A DNA stretch of 19,624 nt, taken from contig JBGPGO010000031.1 of assembly GCA_041483895.1 (NCBI GenBank), forward strand, positions 1-19,624. The letters are read 5' to 3'. The DNA is from Fimbriimonadia bacterium. Its GTDB lineage: Bacteria; Armatimonadota; Fimbriimonadia; Fimbriimonadales; JABRVX01. The position numbers and the translations under genes are program-made. The notes beneath the pieces were generated by a model. It was not told the origin of the DNA. It ran no database searches and saw only the letters and a list, made by a program, of their open reading frames with translations. Of the stretch, positions 1-7,948 are shown piece after piece; positions within the stretch are counted from its first letter, which is position 1, and the number at the start of each line of letters is the position of its first letter.

Positions 1-137
1 AAGCCGGCAAAGCAAAAAAGCAGGTCAACATCGCCGTCATGCGCAAACTCGCCAGCGCAATCGCGGCAGTCCTGAAGACAAAGACACCCTATGACCACAA
101 ATTGCTATTTTCCCCTTGACAAATCAAGACAGCATCT
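1..137 (+). mobile_element. Right end of an IS110-family (IS621-like) insertion sequence; the rest lies outside the window
   Basis: Transposase C-terminus ends at 119. It is followed by a very short non-coding end with TTGACA (116-121) and terminal ACAGCATCT (129-137), which resembles the IS621 donor ACAGTATCT with its CT core. Confidence 0.8.
3..119 (+). CDS. IS110-family transposase, C-terminal fragment (5' truncated by window edge)
   Basis: Manual translation of frame 3 gives AGKAKKQVNIAVMRKLASAIAAVLKTKTPYDHKLLFSP*, matching the GK.KK.A..A.MRKL....AVLK...PY tail of IS110 transposases. Not in the ORF track. Confidence 0.85.
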   Translation, partial: AGKAKKQVNIAVMRKLASAIAAVLKTKTPYDHKLLFSP

Positions 138-237
138 ACCGGAGTGGTGGCGCGAGGAATAGCGGCTATCGGCGTCCGGGTACAATTCCACCCGAATTCG
201 GCCCGGCAGCGACGCCGGCATCTTTGGAGGAAATCGT

Positions 238-2574
238 TTGGCGACATCGTCCAACCACGTCGTGGTGATTGGCGCGGGTGTGATGGGCTCCGGCATCGCC
301 GCCCACATGGCAAACCTGGGCTGGAAGGTCTCCCTGCTCGATATCGTTCCCCATGAGCTGACCGAAGAAGAAGCTGCGGCGGGACTCACGTTGAACTCGG
401 AAACCGTACGGGACCGCCCTGTGCGCACGCTCTGGGAACGCGCGAAAAAGGCCCGGCCTCCCCATTTCTATCTCCCCCCAACCGCAGATACCGTGCGGCT
501 CGGTAACGTGGACGATAACCTGGATTGGGTCTCGGAGGCGGACTGGGTGGTCGAAGCCGTGGCAGAGAAGATGGACGTGAAGCGGGCGCTCTACGAGAAG
601 TTAGAGCCGCTTCTGCGAGAGGACACCCTGATTACGACCAACACCTCCGGCCTCATGATCGGCGAGCTGTGCGAGGGCCGGTCCGAGAGTTTCCGGAAGC
701 GTTTCGTCGGCACCCACTTTTTCAATCCCCCGCGCTATCTAAAGCTGCTGGAGATCATTCCGACGCGGGACACCGACCCCGCAGTCCTAGCGCGCATCGA
801 GCGCGATGCCGAAGACCAATGGGGCAAGCGGGTGGTTGTCGCTCGCGACACGCCGGGATTTATCGCCAACCGGATCGGCATGTGGATCATGGTGCAGGCG
901 GTGCATGCCGCGATGGAGACCGGCCTGACGGTGGAAGAAGTGGACGCGATTACCGGCCCGCTCATCGGTCGGCCCAAGACGGCAAGTTTTCGCCTCAACG
1001 ATCTGGTCGGTCTGGACATCATGGAGGACGTCGCCGGTAACCAATACCGCCGCCTTCCCGACGACAAATATCGCGACGCTCTCCAACTCCCGCCGCCGGT
1101 TCAGGAGCTGATTCGGCGGGTATGGCTGGGCAACAAGAGCGGCCAAGGATTTTACAAACGCGAAGGCAAGAGTTTTCTCGCATTGGACCTGAACTCACTC
1201 GAATACCGCCCGGCAGAAAAAGTCGAGTTCGATGGCCTAGCCGATCTCAAACGATCCAATTGGCACGACAAGCTGAACCATCTACTGATGCGCGACGACA
1301 AAGTGGGGAAGTTCATGCGCGCCCACCTGATCCCGGCGCTGACCTACGCTCTTACCACCGCGCCGGAGATCTCCGACACCCTGGTCGGCGTGGACAACGT
1401 GATGAAGTGGGGATTCGGCTGGGAAATGGGTCCGTTCGAAATGGTGGACGCCATCGGGATCAAGCCGTTTACGGACTATGTCGCCGCACAGGGCCTGGAG
1501 CCGCCGCAGATTTTGACGGACCTACGCGATAGCAGCCACGCCAGCTTCTATCGGCACGCAATTGGAACAACGTCTTACTACGACTACTCCAAGAAACTTG
1601 AGGAGACCCTGCCGGAGGACCCCAGATATCTGATCCTCGCCGACATCAAGGAAAAGCACAAGCCCCTCGGCGGAAACGCCGACGCCTCCATCGTGGACCT
1701 CGGCGACAAAGTCCTCTGCGTCGAATTCCACACAAAAATGAACGCCCTCACGCCGGATGTTCCACCGGTGATCCTCGAGGCGTTGGAGCGGGCGGAGAAA
1801 GATAACTGTGGACTGGTACTGGGCAACCAAGGACCGTGTTTCAGCGCCGGCTTCAACCTAAAAGCGTTCCTCGACGCGGCGGAGGCGGAGGACTGGGCCA
1901 AAATCGACGCTTACATCGCCGGCCTGCAAAAGGCTGCCGTCGCGATGCGCCAAGCGAAGGTGCCCGTCGTTGCCGCGATTCATGGATACACGCTCGGCGG
2001 CGGCTTCGAGATGGCGCTGCATACGGCGATGATCGTGGCCGCGCCGGAGAGCGTCGTCGGCTTGCCGGAGACCAACGTCGGCGTTATCCCGGCCGGCGGC
2101 GGCACGGCTACCATGACGCTGCGCAACCCGGCGCTCGAGGATCGCCTGAGAGCTTTCCAACGTCTTCGATCCGGCGCCATCTCCGCCAATGCCGATGATG
2201 CCCGCGCGCTTGGCTACCTCGGCGAAAACGATCAGACCTGCTACAACGCCGACCAGATTCTAGCGACAGCCAAGGCCCTCGCCAAGCAGCCCGTCCAACC
2301 AAGGCAATTCGAGCCGGTCCCCGGACTGGGTTGGGTGTTCAAGGACGAAGTGGAACGATGGCTGGAGGCAGAGCACGCCGCCGGAAACCTGACCGATCAC
2401 GATTGCTTGCTGGCCAAGGCCCTTGTGGATATCATGTCCAGCTCCCAAGAGCATCTGACGGAAGAGCGCATGCACCACCGTGAGCGATACCAATTCGTCG
2501 AGGCCATCAAGCATAAGAAATCGCAAGAGCGAATGCGGCACATGCTCGAAACCGGCAAGCCGCTCAGGAATTAA
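238..2574 (+). CDS. fadN: 3-hydroxyacyl-CoA dehydrogenase / enoyl-CoA hydratase fusion (FadN-type)
   Basis: Rossmann VIGAGVMG, VVEAVAE, TNTSGL, GTHFFNPPRYLKLLE and PGFIANRIG motifs; C-terminal crotonase domain (FSAGFNL, GYTLGGGFE, LPETNVGVIPAGGG). TTG start with GGAGG at 226-230 and candidate -10 TACAAT at 181-186. Confidence 0.92.
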   Translation: MATSSNHVVVIGAGVMGSGIAAHMANLGWKVSLLDIVPHELTEEEAAAGLTLNSETVRDRPVRTLWERAKKARPPHFYLPPTADTVRLGNVDDNLDWVSEADWVVEAVAEKMDVKRALYEKLEPLLREDTLITTNTSGLMIGELCEGRSESFRKRFVGTHFFNPPRYLKLLEIIPTRDTDPAVLARIERDAEDQWGKRVVVARDTPGFIANRIGMWIMVQAVHAAMETGLTVEEVDAITGPLIGRPKTASFRLNDLVGLDIMEDVAGNQYRRLPDDKYRDALQLPPPVQELIRRVWLGNKSGQGFYKREGKSFLALDLNSLEYRPAEKVEFDGLADLKRSNWHDKLNHLLMRDDKVGKFMRAHLIPALTYALTTAPEISDTLVGVDNVMKWGFGWEMGPFEMVDAIGIKPFTDYVAAQGLEPPQILTDLRDSSHASFYRHAIGTTSYYDYSKKLEETLPEDPRYLILADIKEKHKPLGGNADASIVDLGDKVLCVEFHTKMNALTPDVPPVILEALERAEKDNCGLVLGNQGPCFSAGFNLKAFLDAAEAEDWAKIDAYIAGLQKAAVAMRQAKVPVVAAIHGYTLGGGFEMALHTAMIVAAPESVVGLPETNVGVIPAGGGTATMTLRNPALEDRLRAFQRLRSGAISANADDARALGYLGENDQTCYNADQILATAKALAKQPVQPRQFEPVPGLGWVFKDEVERWLEAEHAAGNLTDHDCLLAKALVDIMSSSQEHLTEERMHHRERYQFVEAIKHKKSQERMRHMLETGKPLRN

Positions 2575-3314
2575 TGAAGATACTCGTTCCAATAAAGCGG
2601 GTGCCGGACCCGTACGCCAAAATTCGCCTTCTGCCCGACGGAAGCGGCATAGATATCAACGGCTTAGCCTTCGAAATCAACCCGTTCGATGAGATCGCGA
2701 TTGAGGAGGCCGTTCGGACCAAAGAGGCCGGCAAGGCGACAGAGATTGTGGTGATTTCCATCGGACGGGACGAGTGCCTAGAGCAGTTGAGAAAGGCGCT
2801 CGCCATCGGTGCGGACCGCGCAATTCTTCTGACGCATTCGGGCGCGATCGACCCGCTGGACACGGCGAAGCTGCTCAAAGCAGTCTTCGAAAAGGAGCGG
2901 CCCGATGTGGTCTTGATGGGCAAGCAGGGAATTGACGGCGACTACAATCAGACGGGGCAGATGCTTGCCGGGCTGCTTGGCATTCCCCAGGCGACATTTG
3001 CTTCCAAAATCGAGTGGCTGGCCGGCGAGGCCAAGGTGGAGAGGGAAGTGGACGCGGGTATTGAGACGATTATTGTGAAGGTGCCCGCCGTCATCACAAC
3101 GGACCTGCGCCTCAACGAACCGCGCTATGTGCCACTGCCCGGTATCATCAAAGCGCGATCGAAACCCTTAGATGTTTCGCCGGCGATTGAGGTTGGGCCG
3201 GCAAAGATTCAGGTTCTACGCATGGATAAGCCGCCAAGCCGCCCGCCGGGACGCAAGGTCTCATCGGTTGCCGAATTGGTGACGGCTTTACGCGACGAGG
3301 CGAAGGTTCTATGA
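2574..3314 (+). CDS. etfB: Electron transfer flavoprotein beta subunit
   Basis: MKILVPIKRVPD, INPFDEIAIEEA, GKQGIDGD..QTGQ and LNEPRY motifs; TAATG overlap with fadN. Confidence 0.96.
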   Translation: MKILVPIKRVPDPYAKIRLLPDGSGIDINGLAFEINPFDEIAIEEAVRTKEAGKATEIVVISIGRDECLEQLRKALAIGADRAILLTHSGAIDPLDTAKLLKAVFEKERPDVVLMGKQGIDGDYNQTGQMLAGLLGIPQATFASKIEWLAGEAKVEREVDAGIETIIVKVPAVITTDLRLNEPRYVPLPGIIKARSKPLDVSPAIEVGPAKIQVLRMDKPPSRPPGRKVSSVAELVTALRDEAKVL

Positions 3315-4267
3315 GCAAACTGCTTGTTATCGCCGAAACGGACGGTTCTCGCGTCCTGCCTTCAACTTCGTCGGCCATCGCTTTCGCTCAGCAGTCCGGC
3401 CTCCCGTTCGATCTTTTGTGCCTCGGCGGATCGGTGGACCCATCGGACTATGCCGACTATGGCGCGGGATGCGTCTATGTGGGCAACGATGCGCGCTTGG
3501 AGCACCCGATTGCGGATCGGTTCGCCGCCGCGTGCCGCGAGGTGGCATCCCGCGGATATTTCCACATCGCCTGCGCTTCCTCCACCTTTGGCCGGGACCT
3601 GCTCCCGCGCTTGGCGGCGCTTCTCGATGCGCCGATGCTGAGCGATGTCCTCTCCATCATTTCCATCGAGGAAGGGACATATACGCGGCCCATGTATGCC
3701 GGGGCCGCCACCGCGACAGTCCAAATTAAAGGCAACCCCATTCTGCTCTCCGTCCGGACGACCGCGTTCGAAAAACCGGAGCGGCGGGAGCGCTCCAAGA
3801 CCGAGCCCATAACAATCGGCGATTTGCCGGAAGGTTCCGTATGGGAATCGGCCACAACGAGCGCCACCGGCCGCCCCGATCTGACCCAGGCGCGAGTGGT
3901 GGTCAGCGGCGGCCGGCCTTTGCGCGATGCCGCGACGTTTGAGGAGTACATCGGAGGCTTGGCGGACCTGCTTGGCGGCGCGGTCGGGGCAACCCGGGCG
4001 GCGGTCGATTCGGGACTTGCTGGGAACGATTTGCAGGTGGGCCAGACCGGCAAGACCGTCGCGCCGGACCTGTACATAGCGGCGGGGATTTCCGGATCGA
4101 CTCAGCACCTTGCCGGCATGATCGGTTCGAAGGTGATTGTGGCGATCAACAAAGACCCGGACGCTCCGATTTTTGAGGTCGCCGACTACGGCATCGTCGC
4201 CGATCTGTACGACGCGATTCCGGCGATGAAGACTCTTTTGCAACGTAGCCGCGGTTCCTCGCTCTGA
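3311..4267 (+). CDS. etfA: Electron transfer flavoprotein alpha subunit
   Basis: VVVSGGR, VGATRAAVD, QVGQTGKTVAPDLYIAAGISG and AINKDPDAPIF FAD-binding motifs; ATGA overlap with etfB. Confidence 0.96.
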   Translation: MSKLLVIAETDGSRVLPSTSSAIAFAQQSGLPFDLLCLGGSVDPSDYADYGAGCVYVGNDARLEHPIADRFAAACREVASRGYFHIACASSTFGRDLLPRLAALLDAPMLSDVLSIISIEEGTYTRPMYAGAATATVQIKGNPILLSVRTTAFEKPERRERSKTEPITIGDLPEGSVWESATTSATGRPDLTQARVVVSGGRPLRDAATFEEYIGGLADLLGGAVGATRAAVDSGLAGNDLQVGQTGKTVAPDLYIAAGISGSTQHLAGMIGSKVIVAINKDPDAPIFEVADYGIVADLYDAIPAMKTLLQRSRGSSL

Positions 4268-4417
4268 CCTGCCCAGGAGTTGCCACGAACAAGAACCGCG
4301 CGTGACCACGGTGGAATTTCCAATACGATATCGGCCCTTGCGACGTGGTCTCTCGCACGTCTTGGAGGTCGCGAATCGACCAAGGCGTCAGAACGAGGAC
4401 CTGCGGCTACAGGAATT

Positions 4418-4909
4418 TCAACCGTCGATCAACACGGTCCTCTGCCCACACTGCGAACACCGGTACTGATATTCGTGCGCGTGATATGCCGTATCTTCAT
4501 CCCCCGTCTCAAACGACCGCTCCAAAACAAGTTCCCCCCTGCAATACGGACACACCTTCGACTGCCGCGCGCGTTTCTTGAGCTCGAAAGCCGTCACACC
4601 CAACCCCAACGCCAAAATCACCAAAACCAGCGCGCACGGCAGCCCAAGAACGGCAAACAGCGGCATCATCGGCCCTCGCCACAAACAGGGAATCAAGACA
4701 TTCAGCACACCCACAGCCAAGAACGCAATCGCCACGCCCGTGCAGACCTTCGCATAATGAATACTGTTCTTCGTCAAATCCGGCGAAGTGACCACGGTCT
4801 TTGCCTCCCGCCCTTTCTCCACGTCGAGATGGGCGCCACACCATTCGCATGCAGTGAGGTAAGCCAGCGTATCCTTGCCGCACGACGGACACGGCTTCTT
4901 GTCTAGCAT
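4418..4909 (-). CDS. Hypothetical membrane protein with N- and C-terminal zinc ribbons (163 aa)
   Basis: MLDKKPCPSC..CEWC, two hydrophobic segments, then CPYC...CSQC. ATG 4909 is chosen by alignment with the upstream paralogue and overlaps its stop codon. Confidence 0.8.
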   Translation of the reverse strand: MLDKKPCPSCGKDTLAYLTACEWCGAHLDVEKGREAKTVVTSPDLTKNSIHYAKVCTGVAIAFLAVGVLNVLIPCLWRGPMMPLFAVLGLPCALVLVILALGLGVTAFELKKRARQSKVCPYCRGELVLERSFETGDEDTAYHAHEYQYRCSQCGQRTVLIDG

Positions 4910-5400
4910 CGCTTCACCACCTGCTGGCCGCACCGCATGCAGCCGTACAGAAATGCCTCGTGACCGCCGGGATAGTCATGCTCGTCGAGCAGCCGCAATT
5001 TCGCTCTGCACTTCGGACATTGATCCCAATGAGCCATGATCCAAGCGCGCCGAATATATTCGAGGCCCCCTAGAAACATGGCGCCCATTGCGTAGATGCC
5101 GCCCGCAATCCCCCTCCCCGAACGATAACTATGATAATGGTAACCCGCTGATGATGGATTGTAGTGCATGATGGCATACACCACGGCTGTGACAACGAGG
5201 CCAACGAGGCCGATGTAGAAGATGCCATGAAGCACATAGCCAACGATGGGCGGTCCCTTAACGGGGACCATTGGCAAACGGATGGGAGGCCGGGGATCGA
5301 TGATCTTGCCGCTGAGGGGAGCATTGCACCACTCGCAGCATCCGCCGTTCCCAACCGCCATCCGACCGCATGAAGGGCACTTGACTTCGTTTAGCAGCAT
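4903..5400 (-). CDS. Hypothetical membrane protein with N- and C-terminal zinc ribbons (165 aa), paralogue of 4418-4909
   Basis: MLLNEVKCPSC..CEWC, two hydrophobic segments, then CPKC...CMRC. The ORF-track extension to 5889 is antisense to the dcyD-like gene, so ATG 5400 is the likely start. Confidence 0.8.
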   Translation of the reverse strand: MLLNEVKCPSCGRMAVGNGGCCEWCNAPLSGKIIDPRPPIRLPMVPVKGPPIVGYVLHGIFYIGLVGLVVTAVVYAIMHYNPSSAGYHYHSYRSGRGIAGGIYAMGAMFLGGLEYIRRAWIMAHWDQCPKCRAKLRLLDEHDYPGGHEAFLYGCMRCGQQVVKRC

Positions 5401-5407
5401 CCTACGG

Positions 5408-5417
5408 TAGAATTGTA
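5408..5417. promoter_or_regulatory. Overlapping divergent -10 elements
   Basis: TAGAAT (+, 5408-5413) lies 6 nt before ATG 5420; TACAAT (-, 5417-5412) lies 11 nt before ATG 5400. The intergenic gap is only 19 nt. Confidence 0.55.
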
Positions 5418-5419
5418 AC

Positions 5420-6421
5420 ATGCTCCCACAGGAATTGCGCGGGCGATTGGCAAGACTTCCCAGTGTCCCGCTCATTCTTGAGCCGACGCCATTGCACAGA
5501 TTGGAGCGCCTCAGCGGCAAATTGGCTGGACCGGAGATATGGATCAAGCGCGACGATCTGACGGGCTTCGGCGGCGGCGGCAACAAGGGCCGCAAGCTGG
5601 AATTCCTGATGGGCGCCGCGATAAAAGCCGACGCCGACCGGATCATCACCTGCGGCGCCCAGCAGAGCAACCACGCGCGCCAGACCGCCGCTGCGGCAGC
5701 TGTGCTCGGCCTCCCATGCCTGCTGATGCTCACCGGTGGACCGGAAACCAAAACAGGCAACCAGGTCCTCGATCGATGGTTTGGCGCGGAAATCGAGTTC
5801 CTCGGCGACATTTCGTGGGGACAACTGCGGCAGGCCACGGAACGGCGGATGGAGGAGTATCGCGCCCAGGGCAACCATCCGTATCTCATACCGGTCGGCG
5901 GATCGACCCCGCTGGGCGCGCTGGGGTTCGTTACCGCTGCCGCTGAGCTGGTCGAGCAAGGTCCGCACTTTGACGCGATCTATTTCGCCAGCTCGAGCGG
6001 AAGCACGCAGGCAGGCCTTGCCGCTGGATTGGCCTACTTGAATCAAGACACCCGTGTTCAGGGCATCATGGTGGACAGCTCGCGAAACGAGCCGGCTGCC
6101 GATTTTGCGAAGCTGGCAAACGGGGTATCTGAGCTTCTCGGTATCGATCGGCGATTTGCCGCCGCCGAAATCAATTGCGAACCTAACCATGTCGGCGAAG
6201 GCTATGCCATCCCTTCATCGGAAGGGGTTGCTGCCATACGGCTTCTGGCTCAATCGGAGGGGCTTCTCCTCGATCCGGTCTACACCTCGAAAGCATTCGC
6301 CGGGATGGTCTCCGACATCAAGAGCGGAAATTGGCGCGGCGGCCATCGCGTTCTGTTCTGGCACACGGGGGGCATCCCCGGTCTTTTTGCCCAGGGATAT
6401 ACGGTCCTGCCCCTGCCATAA
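5420..6421 (+). CDS. dcyD: D-cysteine desulfhydrase family PLP enzyme (ACC deaminase/DcyD/CuyA superfamily)
   Basis: PTPL, IKRDDLTG, GGNKGRKLEFL (PLP lysine), QSNHARQTA. LDPVYTSKA and HTGG have Thr/Thr where ACC deaminases have Glu/Leu (DPVYE, HLGG). Confidence 0.85.
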   Translation: MLPQELRGRLARLPSVPLILEPTPLHRLERLSGKLAGPEIWIKRDDLTGFGGGGNKGRKLEFLMGAAIKADADRIITCGAQQSNHARQTAAAAAVLGLPCLLMLTGGPETKTGNQVLDRWFGAEIEFLGDISWGQLRQATERRMEEYRAQGNHPYLIPVGGSTPLGALGFVTAAAELVEQGPHFDAIYFASSSGSTQAGLAAGLAYLNQDTRVQGIMVDSSRNEPAADFAKLANGVSELLGIDRRFAAAEINCEPNHVGEGYAIPSSEGVAAIRLLAQSEGLLLDPVYTSKAFAGMVSDIKSGNWRGGHRVLFWHTGGIPGLFAQGYTVLPLP

Positions 6422-6461
6422 TATCCGCCGATAACGCTTGAACACTAATGAGGTTTTGCAG

Positions 6462-7574
6462 ATGAGAGTTGGAGTGCCGCGCGAGCGAAAGACGGACGAA
6501 TACCGGGTCGGCATGACTCCCGCCGGGGTAGAAACGTTGGTTAAGCGGGGCCATGAGGTGTTCGTGGAGGAAGGGGCCGGGGCGGGCACCCACGTTACCG
6601 ACGAGGAATATCGCGCCGCCGGCGCCCAGATCGGCGCAGTGGATCAGGTTTGGCAAAGCGGGGACCTGATCGTCAAGGTAAAGGAGCCGCTGGAAGACGA
6701 ATATCCCCGCATTCGATCCGGCCAGATTCTGTTCACCTATTTCCACTTTGCCGCAAGCGAATCGCTGACCCGAGCGATGGTGGATAGCGGGGCTACCTGC
6801 ATCGCCTACGAAACCGTCGAGCTGCCGGACGGATCGCTGCCGCTCTTGATCCCCATGAGCGAGGTCGCGGGCCGACTGGCGGTTCAGGCTGGAGCCAAGT
6901 ATTTGGAGCGGCCGTTCGGGGGACGCGGGGTGCTTTTGAGCGGCGTTCCCGGTGTAAAACCCGCGACCGTCACGATTATCGGCGGGGGTGTGGTGGGTGT
7001 GAATTCCGCGAAGGTCGCTGCCGGATTCGGCGCCAATGTGTACATTCTCGATGTCGATCTGCCCAGGCTGCGATATCTCGACGACATCATGAGCCACAAC
7101 GTTTCGACGGTCTTCTCAAACGCTCAAACGGTCCGAAAGCTCCTGCCGGAGACCGACCTGCTGATCGGCGCGATCTATCTGACCGGCGCCCGAACGCCGA
7201 CACTTGTCACGCGAGAAATGCTTAAGCTGATGCGGCCCGGTTCGCTGCTCGTCGATGTCTGTGTCGATCAGGGGGGAATGGCGGAGACAACCCGTCCGAC
7301 GACGCACACGAAACCAACCTACGTGGAAGAAGGGGTCGTTCATTACTGCGTCGCGAATATGCCGAGTGCGGTATCGCTTACCTCCACCTATGCCCTCACG
7401 AATGCGACGCTGCCCTATGCCGTGCGGTTGGCGGACAAGGGTTTCCCGGCGGCCCTGCGCAATGATCCCTCGCTGAAACTAGGCCTCAATGTCTCCGCAG
7501 GCAAAGTATCACTCGCCTCGATTGCTGAACAGTTTGGGTATTCGTACATACCACCAGACGAGATTGTCGCTTGA
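6462..7574 (+). CDS. ald: Alanine dehydrogenase
   Basis: [39 protein letters not shown] and HYCVANMP motifs; GAGG at 6450-6453 supports ATG 6462. Confidence 0.96.
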   Translation: MRVGVPRERKTDEYRVGMTPAGVETLVKRGHEVFVEEGAGAGTHVTDEEYRAAGAQIGAVDQVWQSGDLIVKVKEPLEDEYPRIRSGQILFTYFHFAASESLTRAMVDSGATCIAYETVELPDGSLPLLIPMSEVAGRLAVQAGAKYLERPFGGRGVLLSGVPGVKPATVTIIGGGVVGVNSAKVAAGFGANVYILDVDLPRLRYLDDIMSHNVSTVFSNAQTVRKLLPETDLLIGAIYLTGARTPTLVTREMLKLMRPGSLLVDVCVDQGGMAETTRPTTHTKPTYVEEGVVHYCVANMPSAVSLTSTYALTNATLPYAVRLADKGFPAALRNDPSLKLGLNVSAGKVSLASIAEQFGYSYIPPDEIVA

Positions 7575-7948
7575 AATATATGTTGCAGTAATAGAGACTA
7601 TTATTTCTACCAAGCATTAATATCATAGTTGTTCTGTGGTTATCTTGCCATCAAAACCTAGCAGCCGCTACAGTTGCAAACTGCTATCCAGAATCTACAC
7701 AATCCAGGTCAATACAGTAGTTCGAATTGCGATCCAGGCCAAGTATCGCAGTACCGAACATTGCAGTGTTGATCTTGGATACTGCGAGAAATAATTGCTG
7801 CGTTGCGAAATGTGAACCGTATTAGTGGGAATGAATATTGGCCTAACCAGTATTGCGCTTATATTGAACCAGTTGCGAAATCAAATGAGAAAGGCGAATC
7901 GCTTTCTTTCCGTATCTTAACTGTCAAACGGAAGTTGTTCGAAAATCA
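7575..7948. other. AT-rich intergenic region with several short inverted and direct repeats
   Basis: GC is visibly lower than in flanking genes. Inverted repeats at 7589-7603, 7746-7787, 7834-7854, 7888-7907 and 7908-7933; GTTGCGAAAT occurs twice (7802, 7872). Confidence 0.5.

Noticed and set aside
116..144. IS-derived hybrid promoter driving fadN
   Set aside because: No -10-like hexamer lies 16-18 nt downstream of TTGACA in the inserted state; TACAAT at 181 is too far away.
4280..4906. 208-aa plus-strand ORF
   Set aside because: It is an Arg/Gln/His-rich antisense shadow of the zinc-ribbon membrane gene with no recognisable motifs.
5401..5889. N-terminal extension of the 328-aa minus-strand ORF
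   Set aside because: It is antisense to the dcyD-like gene, and alignment with the paralogue places the start at 5400.
5420..6421. ACC deaminase (acdS)
   Set aside because: It lacks the diagnostic Glu and Leu; it has DPVYT and HTGG.
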